This document shows positions 27,568-36,410 of a DNA stretch of 64,000 nt, piece by piece (the first letter of the stretch is position 1; each line of letters starts with the position of its first letter). Source of the DNA: Clostridia bacterium (GTDB taxonomy: Bacteria; Bacillota; Clostridia; Oscillospirales; CAG-272); NCBI GenBank assembly GCA_017399305.1, contig JAFQDK010000038.1, positions 97 to 64,096 on the forward strand. The letters run 5' to 3'. The position numbers and the translations under genes are program-made. The notes beneath the pieces were generated by a model. That model was not told the origin of the DNA. It saw only the letters and a list, made by a program, of their open reading frames with translations, and ran no database searches.

Positions 27568-28944
27568 ATGATACATCAATACAAACTCGGCGGCTATAAT
27601 ATCGTGCTTGACATATGCTCGGGTGCAGTGCATGCCGTTGACGAAGTTGCTTATGACATAATCGAAAGATTTGAAGCAAACGACCGCGGTACGGTCATAT
27701 CCGAAGTGCAAAAAATGCACCCTGAAATCACCGCAAGCGACATAGAAGAATGTTATGCACAGGTTGTATCGCTTAAAGAAAGCGGAAAGCTGTTTGCGCC
27801 CGACACCTTTGAGCCAATGGCCGGTACGCTTAAAGCAAAAACAGCAGGCGTTGTAAAAGCACTATGTCTACACATTGCACACACCTGCAATCTCAACTGC
27901 GAATACTGCTTTGCAAGTCAGGGCAACTATCACGGCGAGCGCGCTGTGATGAGCTTTGAAGTTGGCAAGGCTGCACTTGATTTTCTCGTTGAAAACTCCG
28001 GCACACGCCGCAACCTTGAGGTTGACTTTTTCGGCGGCGAACCGCTGATGAACTTTGACGTTGTAAAGCAGCTTGTTGCATACGCACGCTCAATTGAAAA
28101 AGAAAAGAACAAGAACTTCCGCTTCACTCTGACCACAAACGGCATCCTCATTGACGATGACGTTATCGACTTTGCGAACCGCGAGATGAGCAATGTTGTG
28201 CTCTCACTTGACGGACGCAAGGAGATTCACGACCGCTATCGCGTTGACTATGCCGGAAACGGAAGTAGGGAGCGCATCGTTCCCAAGTTCAAAAAGCTGG
28301 TTGACGCGCGCGGCGGCAAAAACTATTATATGCGCGGCACATTTACACACGCAAACCCGGATTTTCTTGAGGACATCAAGGTTATGCTCGACCTTGGCTT
28401 CACAGAACTCAGCATGGAGCCGGTTGTATGTGCTTCGGGCGACAAATCTGAGTTGACCGAGGAAGACAAACCCATCGTAATGGAGCAATATGAAAAGCTT
28501 GCAGAGCTTATGCTTAAGCGCGACAAAGAAGGCAAGCCTTTCACCTTCTACCACTATATGATAGACCTCACCGGCGGTCCTTGTATATACAAGCGTATCT
28601 CCGGTTGCGGAAGCGGAACAGAATACATGGCTGTTACCCCATGGGGCGACCTCTATCCCTGTCACCAGTTTGTCGGCGACGAAAAATTCAAGCTTGGCAA
28701 CGTATTTGACGGTGTTGACAACAAAGAAATTCAGGACGAGTTCATGTCCTGCAACGTATACTCGCGCCCCGAATGTCGCGATTGCTGGGCAAGACTTTAC
28801 TGCTCAGGCGGATGTGCGGCTAACGCATACCATGCCACAGGCTCGGTAAAAGGAATATACAAATACGGTTGCGACCTTTTCCGCAAGAGAATGGAATGTG
28901 CCATAATGGTTCAGGTTGCACGCATTTTTGAAGGTCAGAAGTAA
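27568..28944 (+). CDS. scfB: SCIFF radical SAM/SPASM maturase
   Basis: N-terminal RRE-like region, CNLNCEYC, FFGGEP, SPASM GCGSG...YPCHQF...CRDCWARLYCSGGC; directly after scfA. Confidence 0.96.
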   Translation: MIHQYKLGGYNIVLDICSGAVHAVDEVAYDIIERFEANDRGTVISEVQKMHPEITASDIEECYAQVVSLKESGKLFAPDTFEPMAGTLKAKTAGVVKALCLHIAHTCNLNCEYCFASQGNYHGERAVMSFEVGKAALDFLVENSGTRRNLEVDFFGGEPLMNFDVVKQLVAYARSIEKEKNKNFRFTLTTNGILIDDDVIDFANREMSNVVLSLDGRKEIHDRYRVDYAGNGSRERIVPKFKKLVDARGGKNYYMRGTFTHANPDFLEDIKVMLDLGFTELSMEPVVCASGDKSELTEEDKPIVMEQYEKLAELMLKRDKEGKPFTFYHYMIDLTGGPCIYKRISGCGSGTEYMAVTPWGDLYPCHQFVGDEKFKLGNVFDGVDNKEIQDEFMSCNVYSRPECRDCWARLYCSGGCAANAYHATGSVKGIYKYGCDLFRKRMECAIMVQVARIFEGQK

Positions 28945-30245
28945 TGAATACTCCGATTTTCGACTTTGTAAAACGGTACATAAAAAGCGATGCATTACGT
29001 ATGCATATGCCGGGACACAAGGGCGTTGGCAGTCTTGGAGCAGAACAGTTTGACATTACCGAAATTGGTGGCGCCGACAGTCTTTACGAGGCGAACGGAA
29101 TAATAAAGCAAAGTGAAGATAACGCATCGTCACTTTTCGGATGTGACACATTTTACTCAACCGAAGGATCATCGCAATGCATCCGCGCAATGCTATATCT
29201 TGTTGCCATAAATTCAGACAAGAAGCCACTTATCGCGGCGGCACGAAACGCGCACAAGACATTTATCAGTGCGGCGGCGCTGTGCGGATTTGATATCTGT
29301 TGGCTTTACGGAAATGACAGCTCATATCTCTCATGCGACATTGACGTTTGTGAACTTGAGTCTGTTTTGTCAGAACAGCAGCCGGCGGCGCTCTATATCA
29401 CAAGCCCGGATTATCTCGGCAAAACCGCAGATATAAAAGCTATTGCGGAAATCTGCCACCGCCACGGTGTGTTGCTGTTGGTTGACAATGCTCATGGCGC
29501 ATATCTTAGATTTCTGAACGAGTCAAAACATCCGATAGACCTCGGCGCTGATATATGCTGCGATTCTGCACACAAAACATTGCCTGTTCTGACAGGAGGT
29601 GCATATTTGCACATTGCTGACAATAGGCTCAGTGCCAATGCGAAGAACGCACTTGCAATGTTTGGCTCCACTTCCCCGTCATACCTGATTTTGGAGTCGC
29701 TTGATCTTGCAAACAAATACATCGCAGACGGATATCGCGAAAAGCTTGACGATTTTTGTAAAAAATCGAACGCGCTTAAAGCTCGCCTTGGCGAATACGG
29801 GTACACGCTTTACGGTGATGAGCCGATAAAAATTACCGTTTGCACAAAGCCTTTCGGATACATCGGCACTGACTTTGCCGCCTGCCTTGAAGACCGTGGC
29901 GTTGTCTGCGAATTTGCCGACAACGATTTTACAGTGATGATGCTGACACCGGAAAGCGATATTACAAAACTTGAGGTTGCTCTATGCAGCATAGAAAAAA
30001 AGCAAAAAATAAATACGGCTCCTCCTGTTTTAGCAAAATGCGAAAAGGTATTGACAGCACGCGAAGCAATGTTTTCACAGTGCGAAACGGTCAAAGCAAG
30101 CGCAAGCCTTGGCAGAATACTTGCCGCAACAACAGTTGGTTGCCCGCCTGCGGTACCGATAGTCGTATCAGGTGAACGCATAAACGAATCGGCAATCAAA
30201 TGCTTTGAATACTATAAAATAACAACCGTATCGGTTGTAAAATAA
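28944..30245 (+). CDS. PLP-dependent Lys/Arg/Orn decarboxylase family protein
   Basis: HMPGHKG, DNAHG, SAHKTLP (PLP lysine), STSPSY, PPAVP...GE. Confidence 0.9.
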   Translation: MNTPIFDFVKRYIKSDALRMHMPGHKGVGSLGAEQFDITEIGGADSLYEANGIIKQSEDNASSLFGCDTFYSTEGSSQCIRAMLYLVAINSDKKPLIAAARNAHKTFISAAALCGFDICWLYGNDSSYLSCDIDVCELESVLSEQQPAALYITSPDYLGKTADIKAIAEICHRHGVLLLVDNAHGAYLRFLNESKHPIDLGADICCDSAHKTLPVLTGGAYLHIADNRLSANAKNALAMFGSTSPSYLILESLDLANKYIADGYREKLDDFCKKSNALKARLGEYGYTLYGDEPIKITVCTKPFGYIGTDFAACLEDRGVVCEFADNDFTVMMLTPESDITKLEVALCSIEKKQKINTAPPVLAKCEKVLTAREAMFSQCETVKASASLGRILAATTVGCPPAVPIVVSGERINESAIKCFEYYKITTVSVVK

Positions 30246-30273
30246 AAGAAGCTGTCTTTCGACAGCTTCTTTT
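30244..30273. terminator. Bidirectional intrinsic terminator
   Basis: AAAAGAAGCTGTC-TTTC-GACAGCTTCTTTT. Confidence 0.88.
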
Positions 30274-31510
30274 ATTTTACAGGTGTATACCCTACTTTTT
30301 CGATTATACTTTGTCCCTCGGCAGAAAGAATCCACTCAAGCAGTAGTTTTGTATTCTCGCTTGCATCACTGCGCGTCACCGCGTAGAAATATGACGCTAT
30401 GGGATATGTACCGTTTTCTATATTCTCAAGTGTAGGTGCAACGCCATTAATACTGAGCAATTTGATCTGATTATTCTTCACCATCTCGGTTGAATAAAAA
30501 CGGAAAGAATATCCAATTGCATTTTTATAATTCTTGTAATCGGCAACACGGCGAATAATGCCTCCCATGCCATCAATCAACTCGTTACGCTCCGGCTCTA
30601 TAAGTTCCTTACCAGCCATAAGTTTTTGAAGTGAAGTCTGGCTTCCGCTTCCCTCATCACGCTGAAAAGGACGTATATCGCCAAGACCGGCTACACCAAG
30701 CTCACTCCATTTTGTTATCTCGCCGCTGTAAATTCCCTGAATATCGGCAAGGCTAATATTGTCAATAGGATTTTCGCTGTTCACAAAAAATACAAACGCT
30801 TCTTTGCCTATCGGAGTGTAGACAAGCTCAACTCCCTTTTTCTCGGCAAAAGCTTCTTGCTCCTCTGACGGGCCTGCGACAAAGATTATATCTGCCTCGC
30901 CTGTCACGATTCGCTCATACGCTTCGGTAGTGGTTCTGCAAACAACAGTTTCATCAATTATATTTTGCTCTGCCTCGTTTGACATAGGATATACCGCCTT
31001 GGCAAATGACGCATATATGGGATAAAGTGCTGTTGCACCATCCATCCGCGGAAGATTTTCAGCGATGGTAAAAGCAGAAGGAGCATCAAGCGACACCGCC
31101 ATTGTATCATCCAGATACGGGCGATATTTGTAAAGCAGATCCTCACTTTCGCCAACAGTAGGAATACTGTCATCATATACACGGTGCGCATACTTTACAC
31201 CGACGGCAGTAGCACATACAAGGATTCCCACAATAAGCGGAATAGCAAGAATCTTCTTTTTAAACTTTCCAAATATGGCAAGCGGTATAGCCGTCATCAA
31301 AAGTATTGTACCAATGAAAATAAATATTGAGTACCCCTCTGCATCGGGGGTAGAAAAAGCTATAAGCAATAAAGCGATTATCATTGAGATAAACAAAAAC
31401 ACGTCAATACTTATCGACACAAGCCATTTTCCAATTTTAACATCGTTTTTGGATATCAAAAAATAAAGACCAACTGCTAAAAACAACAGATCTAATAATA
31501 TAATAGCCAT
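30272..31510 (-). CDS. PstS-like (PBP) substrate-binding protein with N-terminal TM helices
   Basis: DGATALYP, IGKEAFVFFVN..NP, IYSGEITKW, QRDEGSGSQT, YP...YFYAV; 3-4 N-terminal hydrophobic helices. Confidence 0.82.
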   Translation of the reverse strand: MAIILLDLLFLAVGLYFLISKNDVKIGKWLVSISIDVFLFISMIIALLLIAFSTPDAEGYSIFIFIGTILLMTAIPLAIFGKFKKKILAIPLIVGILVCATAVGVKYAHRVYDDSIPTVGESEDLLYKYRPYLDDTMAVSLDAPSAFTIAENLPRMDGATALYPIYASFAKAVYPMSNEAEQNIIDETVVCRTTTEAYERIVTGEADIIFVAGPSEEQEAFAEKKGVELVYTPIGKEAFVFFVNSENPIDNISLADIQGIYSGEITKWSELGVAGLGDIRPFQRDEGSGSQTSLQKLMAGKELIEPERNELIDGMGGIIRRVADYKNYKNAIGYSFRFYSTEMVKNNQIKLLSINGVAPTLENIENGTYPIASYFYAVTRSDASENTKLLLEWILSAEGQSIIEKVGYTPVK

Positions 31511-31559
31511 GCAGTTTCCCCTTTTCCAATTTATATTTCAATTATAACATATAAAACAT

Positions 31560-31587
31560 AAAAAGAACCGCTTTCGCGGTTCTTTTT
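31560..31587 (-). terminator. Intrinsic terminator
   Basis: AAAAAGAACCGC-TTTC-GCGGTTCTTTTT. Confidence 0.88.
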
Positions 31588-31603
31588 AAACAAATCTTAA
31601 ATT

Positions 31604-33985
31604 TTACGGTTTTATATAATCCAATGTCGAAGGATCGGCAATACACATACAATTCTCTGTATACTCGTCATGCTTTTTAGCTATCGCATGGCATCTGTCT
31701 ATTTCCTCCCACGTTGCCTCCATGCCTTCTACCGAGCAGCTTTCCTCTCTGAGAATAATAGGAGCGCCGTCATCATCGAGATGATAAATCTTGTAAAAAT
31801 ACCAAGGGTAGCCATGTCTTTCAAAAAATGCCGCAGTAATAAGATATGCCATGCCGTTTTCATAATAAAGATGATGATAATACATATCAACATTTGCAGG
31901 ACCGGAACTGTCAGTATAAATGCTTTCTATACGTCCATCTTTGACCGTCAGAACTTCATATTGCGCCAAATAGTATTCAGTAGGATATGTAATAATCATT
32001 TCATTAACACCGTCATGTGTCAGGTCTGCACGTGTAACAAAATAGTTTCTGCCAATTACCTTGTCGGGGAAATGCTTGAAATGGTATTCCTCAAGCATTG
32101 CGTGTTCGCTCTTGTAAAGAGGTGCATCATTAAGCTGAACCAATTCAAAATTTGTACCATTTTCAGCAGTATAAAACATAGCTTTTTCCTTGCATATAAA
32201 AGTGGCATTGCTACTGCTATCCTGATGACGGATGGTGAAATCATTTTCGTTCATCATGTCATAAAGCTCAACCTTACAATTATAAAGCGTGTATCCGTCC
32301 GATTCCTCTTTTGTCCAAATACCGTTCAAATCAATAATAGTATAAAGAAAATTGGATCTGAAGATTATAGTACCGTCGCTATATAAGGTTACCTGTGGTA
32401 TATTCTCCTCGGGAAGGTCTATTACCCACGAATCATTTTGTCTGAATACAGCAACGACCTGCTTTTCTCCTTTAGTAACTACTGTTGTTTCTTCGGGAGT
32501 CTCGGTTTGCACAGGAGCTTCGGTTTCTATAGGAGCTTCGGTTTCCACAGGAGCTTCTGTTTCTATAGGAGCTTCGGTTTCCACAAGAGCTTCTGTAATA
32601 CTTTCTTCCATTTCATCTTCTACATCCATATAGTGCAACTCACTGGGGCTCAAAATATAATTAAAAACCAGCTCATCAGCTTCTTCATATGCCAAATGAA
32701 AGTCGACCTTTGAAGGATCATTGTGATACCAACTTTGTTCAAAAGTACCCGGATAAAATTCATTTTCATCAGCGTCTTCATGAGGCTGGTATCCGTTCTC
32801 TTTCAAAATCCTTCTTACTTCATCAACGTGCATTCCACGTTGTATGCCACAATAATCAAACAGCGTTCCTGTTGGCTGTACGTTGACAGGATAAGCTGTT
32901 CCATCGTTTGAAAATCGGATATAAACACATTCGTCATATTTATCATCGTTGTCGTTTATAAACTTATAAAAATATTCTATTGCATATCCGTCATTCCCAT
33001 ACACGTCTTTCTGATATACATCACCGAATTTTGCAATTATCTCAGCTTCGGTCATATCAAGAATCTGTTCGACATTAAACTCGCGGTATTCCTCAACCTG
33101 CTCCGGCGTGAGATAGTTGATATAATCTTCTCTCTTCTCAACTACTGTTGTATCATTGCCACCTATTGTAGTAGCAACTGCCGCTCCTGCACCGAACAAC
33201 ACTGCGACGCTGGCTATACCCGCGATAACCTTTGTAAGCACCGGCAAAGCCATAATCTTTGCAATGATGCCACCTGTTGCGGTAACTGTTGCTGCAGTTG
33301 CGGTTGCCGCGGTTGCTGTAGCAAACATACCGGCGATAGACGCTGCTGCACCTTTTGCAAGAGGATAATCCTTTGCAGCCTCTCTGAGTACAAGACCGAG
33401 GAAAGGAACAGCGGCATGAAGCTTGGTACCCTTCTTTTCCAATTCTTCCACCTGCTCTTTTATCTGCGCTCTGGCATAATTCAAGCGGCTTTTGACGGTA
33501 TTTTCGCTTACACCCATTATTTTTGCAATGTCGGCAACAGGTATCTCATTATAATAATACATAATAACTGCCAGACGTTGCTTTTCGGGCAATGAATCTA
33601 TAATGCGCATGATAATGCGGCATGTTTCGCGGCGCGATGCATAATCCTCGGGTAGGAAGCCCTCTTCAACCTCTGGCATGTTTTCAATCAACGCGTCGGT
33701 TTCATCACTGCCAAAGATTTCCGGCTTGCGCTTTGCAAGGTAGTTGCGGCTGACATTGACAGCAATCTGACGCATCCATACAACAAATGCTTCAGGTGAG
33801 CGCAAAGCACCAAGATTCTCCATGGCCTTTACATATGCTTCCTGTGTCAAATCCTCAGCTACTGTAGAATCTCCGCACAGCTTCAATATTGTAAAATATA
33901 CCATGTCTTTTGTCTGCTCAAAAAGCACTGTCCATGCTTTGGTATCACCTTTTTGAGCAAGCTCTACTGCATTTTTAAGTTCCAT
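31604..33985 (-). CDS. ECF sigma factor fused to a TM segment and a large extracellular C-terminal region
   Basis: Sigma region 2 (AEDLTQEAY, WMRQIAVN) and region 4 (LPEKQR...IAKIMGVSENTVKSRLNYAR), Ala/Thr linker, TM, ~500-aa acidic extension with ETEAP repeats. Confidence 0.88.
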   Translation of the reverse strand: MELKNAVELAQKGDTKAWTVLFEQTKDMVYFTILKLCGDSTVAEDLTQEAYVKAMENLGALRSPEAFVVWMRQIAVNVSRNYLAKRKPEIFGSDETDALIENMPEVEEGFLPEDYASRRETCRIIMRIIDSLPEKQRLAVIMYYYNEIPVADIAKIMGVSENTVKSRLNYARAQIKEQVEELEKKGTKLHAAVPFLGLVLREAAKDYPLAKGAAASIAGMFATATAATATAATVTATGGIIAKIMALPVLTKVIAGIASVAVLFGAGAAVATTIGGNDTTVVEKREDYINYLTPEQVEEYREFNVEQILDMTEAEIIAKFGDVYQKDVYGNDGYAIEYFYKFINDNDDKYDECVYIRFSNDGTAYPVNVQPTGTLFDYCGIQRGMHVDEVRRILKENGYQPHEDADENEFYPGTFEQSWYHNDPSKVDFHLAYEEADELVFNYILSPSELHYMDVEDEMEESITEALVETEAPIETEAPVETEAPIETEAPVQTETPEETTVVTKGEKQVVAVFRQNDSWVIDLPEENIPQVTLYSDGTIIFRSNFLYTIIDLNGIWTKEESDGYTLYNCKVELYDMMNENDFTIRHQDSSSNATFICKEKAMFYTAENGTNFELVQLNDAPLYKSEHAMLEEYHFKHFPDKVIGRNYFVTRADLTHDGVNEMIITYPTEYYLAQYEVLTVKDGRIESIYTDSSGPANVDMYYHHLYYENGMAYLITAAFFERHGYPWYFYKIYHLDDDGAPIILREESCSVEGMEATWEEIDRCHAIAKKHDEYTENCMCIADPSTLDYIKP
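32503..32596 (-). repeat. About five 18-bp coding tandem repeats (ETEAP[I/V])
   Basis: Repeated AGGAGCTTCGGTTTC units. Confidence 0.85.
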
Positions 33986-34011
33986 TGCGAAATCCTCCAA
34001 AAGTCGTTTCT

Positions 34012-34047
34012 ACTAATAAAGACAAGTCTGACATGAGAAAGGTTTTA
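34012..34047 (-). promoter_or_regulatory. Putative ECF autoregulated promoter
   Basis: Minus strand AAAACC-N17-GTCT, the AAC/GTC pattern typical of ECF promoters, directly upstream of the ECF fusion gene. Confidence 0.55.
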
Positions 34048-34060
34048 TTATTTTGCAAAA

Positions 34061-34092
34061 AATTTATCTGCATGATAGCATGCAGATAAATT
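34061..34092 (-). terminator. Terminator-like inverted repeat
   Basis: AATTTATCTGCATG-ATAG-CATGCAGATAAATT after the oxidoreductase stop. Confidence 0.75.
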
Positions 34093-34093
34093 C

Positions 34094-35275
34094 TTAAATT
34101 TTATCTTCAAAGTGGATTCTATGGCCGTTTTTGCGCAATATACTTTGCAACTCAGAAACGTCAACTTTACGTGCAGGGACATTATTATCAATCGCAATTA
34201 CCGCAGCTCTTGCCGCAATTTCGGCGGTCTGACATGCAACAGGAATAACTCGTGTTGCATCCCAAGCATCGCCGTGGGCGGAGATGATTCTGCCTGCGGC
34301 AAACATATTGGGATATTCGGGCGAATAGAGCGTGCCGTATGGAATTTCAAACCAATATCCCTTATGACCGAAATACGGACAGGTGCCGACAGAATCGGCA
34401 TGAGATTTATACAGATCGTCCATGGTCATCTCATAGTCACCGACAATATGGCGGATCATGCGGAACTGCGGCATCATCGGCAAAGCCACAATCTCCTGTG
34501 CCAACGGATCCTTTGCTTTTATTTCATCAAGAAGCATTGACTGCCCCTTGATAATATAATTATTGACCTCATCCCCTGTTACACCAGCATAATATGGGAA
34601 TCCCTCGGGATGTCCTTTACCGGTCATACCTGAGCCTGTAATATGCCATCCGCGCACTTTAAGCATATTATACTCCTTGCCTGGGGCAAAATCGGTTATG
34701 TGAGAATAATATGACATATAGTTCTCACCGTTTTTGCAAAGTGCACCTGCACGGTCAAACATGAGACATGTTCCGCTTGCGTCAATCAATGCACGGCATG
34801 AATAATACTCTGTTCCGCCAACTGTTTCAACAGCAATTCCCTTGACAGTTTTACCATCCATATCGGGATATGTAACAAGCGCATCATAACGGAGATCAGC
34901 ACCTGCTTCGAGTAACATATCCTGCAAAACAAGTGACATAACCGTGGGCGAAAAGTGTGTGACATAGCGGCTTTCGGTATCCTGTTCCCACACATTTTCC
35001 TTTTGCCAGCACTCAGGTAAACGGTGCATACAATACTTTATCGTACGACGAAGTATCTCCTCTGAAACTCCGCCGATAAGCTTTTTGCCCTCGGCATTGC
35101 AAAGCGGCTCCCACCAGTTAATAAGCCCGATAGTGGCAAGACCGCCGAGTGCTGCCGTCTTTTCGAGAAGCAACACCTTTTTGCCAAGTCGCGCCGCCGT
35201 AACCGCAGACGCCACACCGGCTACACCGCCACCGACAACAACTATATCATAATCTTTTTTTAATATATAATTCAT
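34094..35275 (-). CDS. FAD-dependent oxidoreductase
   Basis: YDIVVVGGGVAG, LGGLAT.G, IDASG, IPYGTL...NMFAAGRIIS...TRV. Confidence 0.88.
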   Translation of the reverse strand: MNYILKKDYDIVVVGGGVAGVASAVTAARLGKKVLLLEKTAALGGLATIGLINWWEPLCNAEGKKLIGGVSEEILRRTIKYCMHRLPECWQKENVWEQDTESRYVTHFSPTVMSLVLQDMLLEAGADLRYDALVTYPDMDGKTVKGIAVETVGGTEYYSCRALIDASGTCLMFDRAGALCKNGENYMSYYSHITDFAPGKEYNMLKVRGWHITGSGMTGKGHPEGFPYYAGVTGDEVNNYIIKGQSMLLDEIKAKDPLAQEIVALPMMPQFRMIRHIVGDYEMTMDDLYKSHADSVGTCPYFGHKGYWFEIPYGTLYSPEYPNMFAAGRIISAHGDAWDATRVIPVACQTAEIAARAAVIAIDNNVPARKVDVSELQSILRKNGHRIHFEDKI

Positions 35276-35276
35276 A

Positions 35277-36278
35277 TCAGCTCTCCGGAACAATATCAAT
35301 TACTATCATACACGTCATACTTGCAAAGCGATAACCGAGCGAAGCGTAGGAAATCGACTGCTCAAATGTGACATAGTCACCCTGCGAACGGCGAAGCCCG
35401 GCAGAATCATACATCATAAATCTATAATCGCTGGGGGCGGCTTCGGGATTTAAGCACTCTGTAAAAACAATGTAATGCGATGCACCCGGCTTTCGCATAC
35501 CGACGATAACGCCTTCGGGATGTTTGTCAAGCTGCTCTTTTATCGCCTGCTTTGTAACATAATTATACTGTGTCACCTTGATTGGGCGACCGTGAAGTGT
35601 AAAGTTTGCGGAAACAGCACTGTTGACAAGTGAAATCGGATTTCCGTAAATAGTGCCGCTTGATGTAGTCAAGCCGTAGTTATTGCTGTTGCCGAGCGAT
35701 GCAACATATGGGTCAACCTCAAGATTGCCTTCTTTCTCAAATCTGAAGTCGTAGCCCTCGGTCAGGCGCGCGCCCATGTTGTAAAGCACCATCGCCACAG
35801 ATGTAACGGCGCATCCTTCGTCCATCCAGTCAATGTTGCGATTATATCCGTTTATGATATAACGCTCATGTACGCCCGAATAGAAATAAACATCTTTAAG
35901 ATCATCGCCGCGCCAACCGCCGTCAGCAGTCAGATGCTGGCTAAACCATGCAATGCCGTCCTTATCAATAACATTTATGTCAATGCTTTCGGTAAGCCCA
36001 CCAACGCTTGCGGTAACGGTTGCGGTTCCCTCTGAAAGTGCACAAAAACTACCGTCATCATCAATAAGAACGATGCTTTCATCGCTTGATGACCACTCTA
36101 TCTGCTCTTTCAAATGCGACGGAGTCACAATCGCATACACATTTCTCACGCTGTTGACATTGACACGCTCACCAACCGTTTTAAGAGTAAGCGATGTTGC
36201 AACCTCAGTTTCATCGGCAAAAGCACTGAAACATAATATAGAGGCTATAATAAATGCTAAAATACTGTATTTTTTCAA
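35277..36278 (-). CDS. Secreted Ig-like (Big_2) + C39-like cysteine peptidase domain protein
   Basis: Signal peptide (TTG start); IEWSSSDESIV...GTATVTA; GCAVTSVAMV, HYIV, MYDS (Cys-His-Asp). Confidence 0.7.
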   Translation of the reverse strand: MKKYSILAFIIASILCFSAFADETEVATSLTLKTVGERVNVNSVRNVYAIVTPSHLKEQIEWSSSDESIVLIDDDGSFCALSEGTATVTASVGGLTESIDINVIDKDGIAWFSQHLTADGGWRGDDLKDVYFYSGVHERYIINGYNRNIDWMDEGCAVTSVAMVLYNMGARLTEGYDFRFEKEGNLEVDPYVASLGNSNNYGLTTSSGTIYGNPISLVNSAVSANFTLHGRPIKVTQYNYVTKQAIKEQLDKHPEGVIVGMRKPGASHYIVFTECLNPEAAPSDYRFMMYDSAGLRRSQGDYVTFEQSISYASLGYRFASMTCMIVIDIVPES

Positions 36279-36374
36279 AACATATCCTCACATTTTTAAA
36301 ATTACCCACAGATACCCATTATAATAGGTTATGTGTATTTTAGCACAAATATGTACCATTGTCAACTTAAGCAA

Positions 36375-36404
36375 AAAAGCCCAAGCCGTAAGGCTTGGGC
36401 TTTT
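36375..36404 (-). terminator. Intrinsic terminator
   Basis: AAAAGCCCAAGCC-GTAA-GGCTTGGGCTTTT. Confidence 0.88.
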
Positions 36405-36410
36405 AATCAA

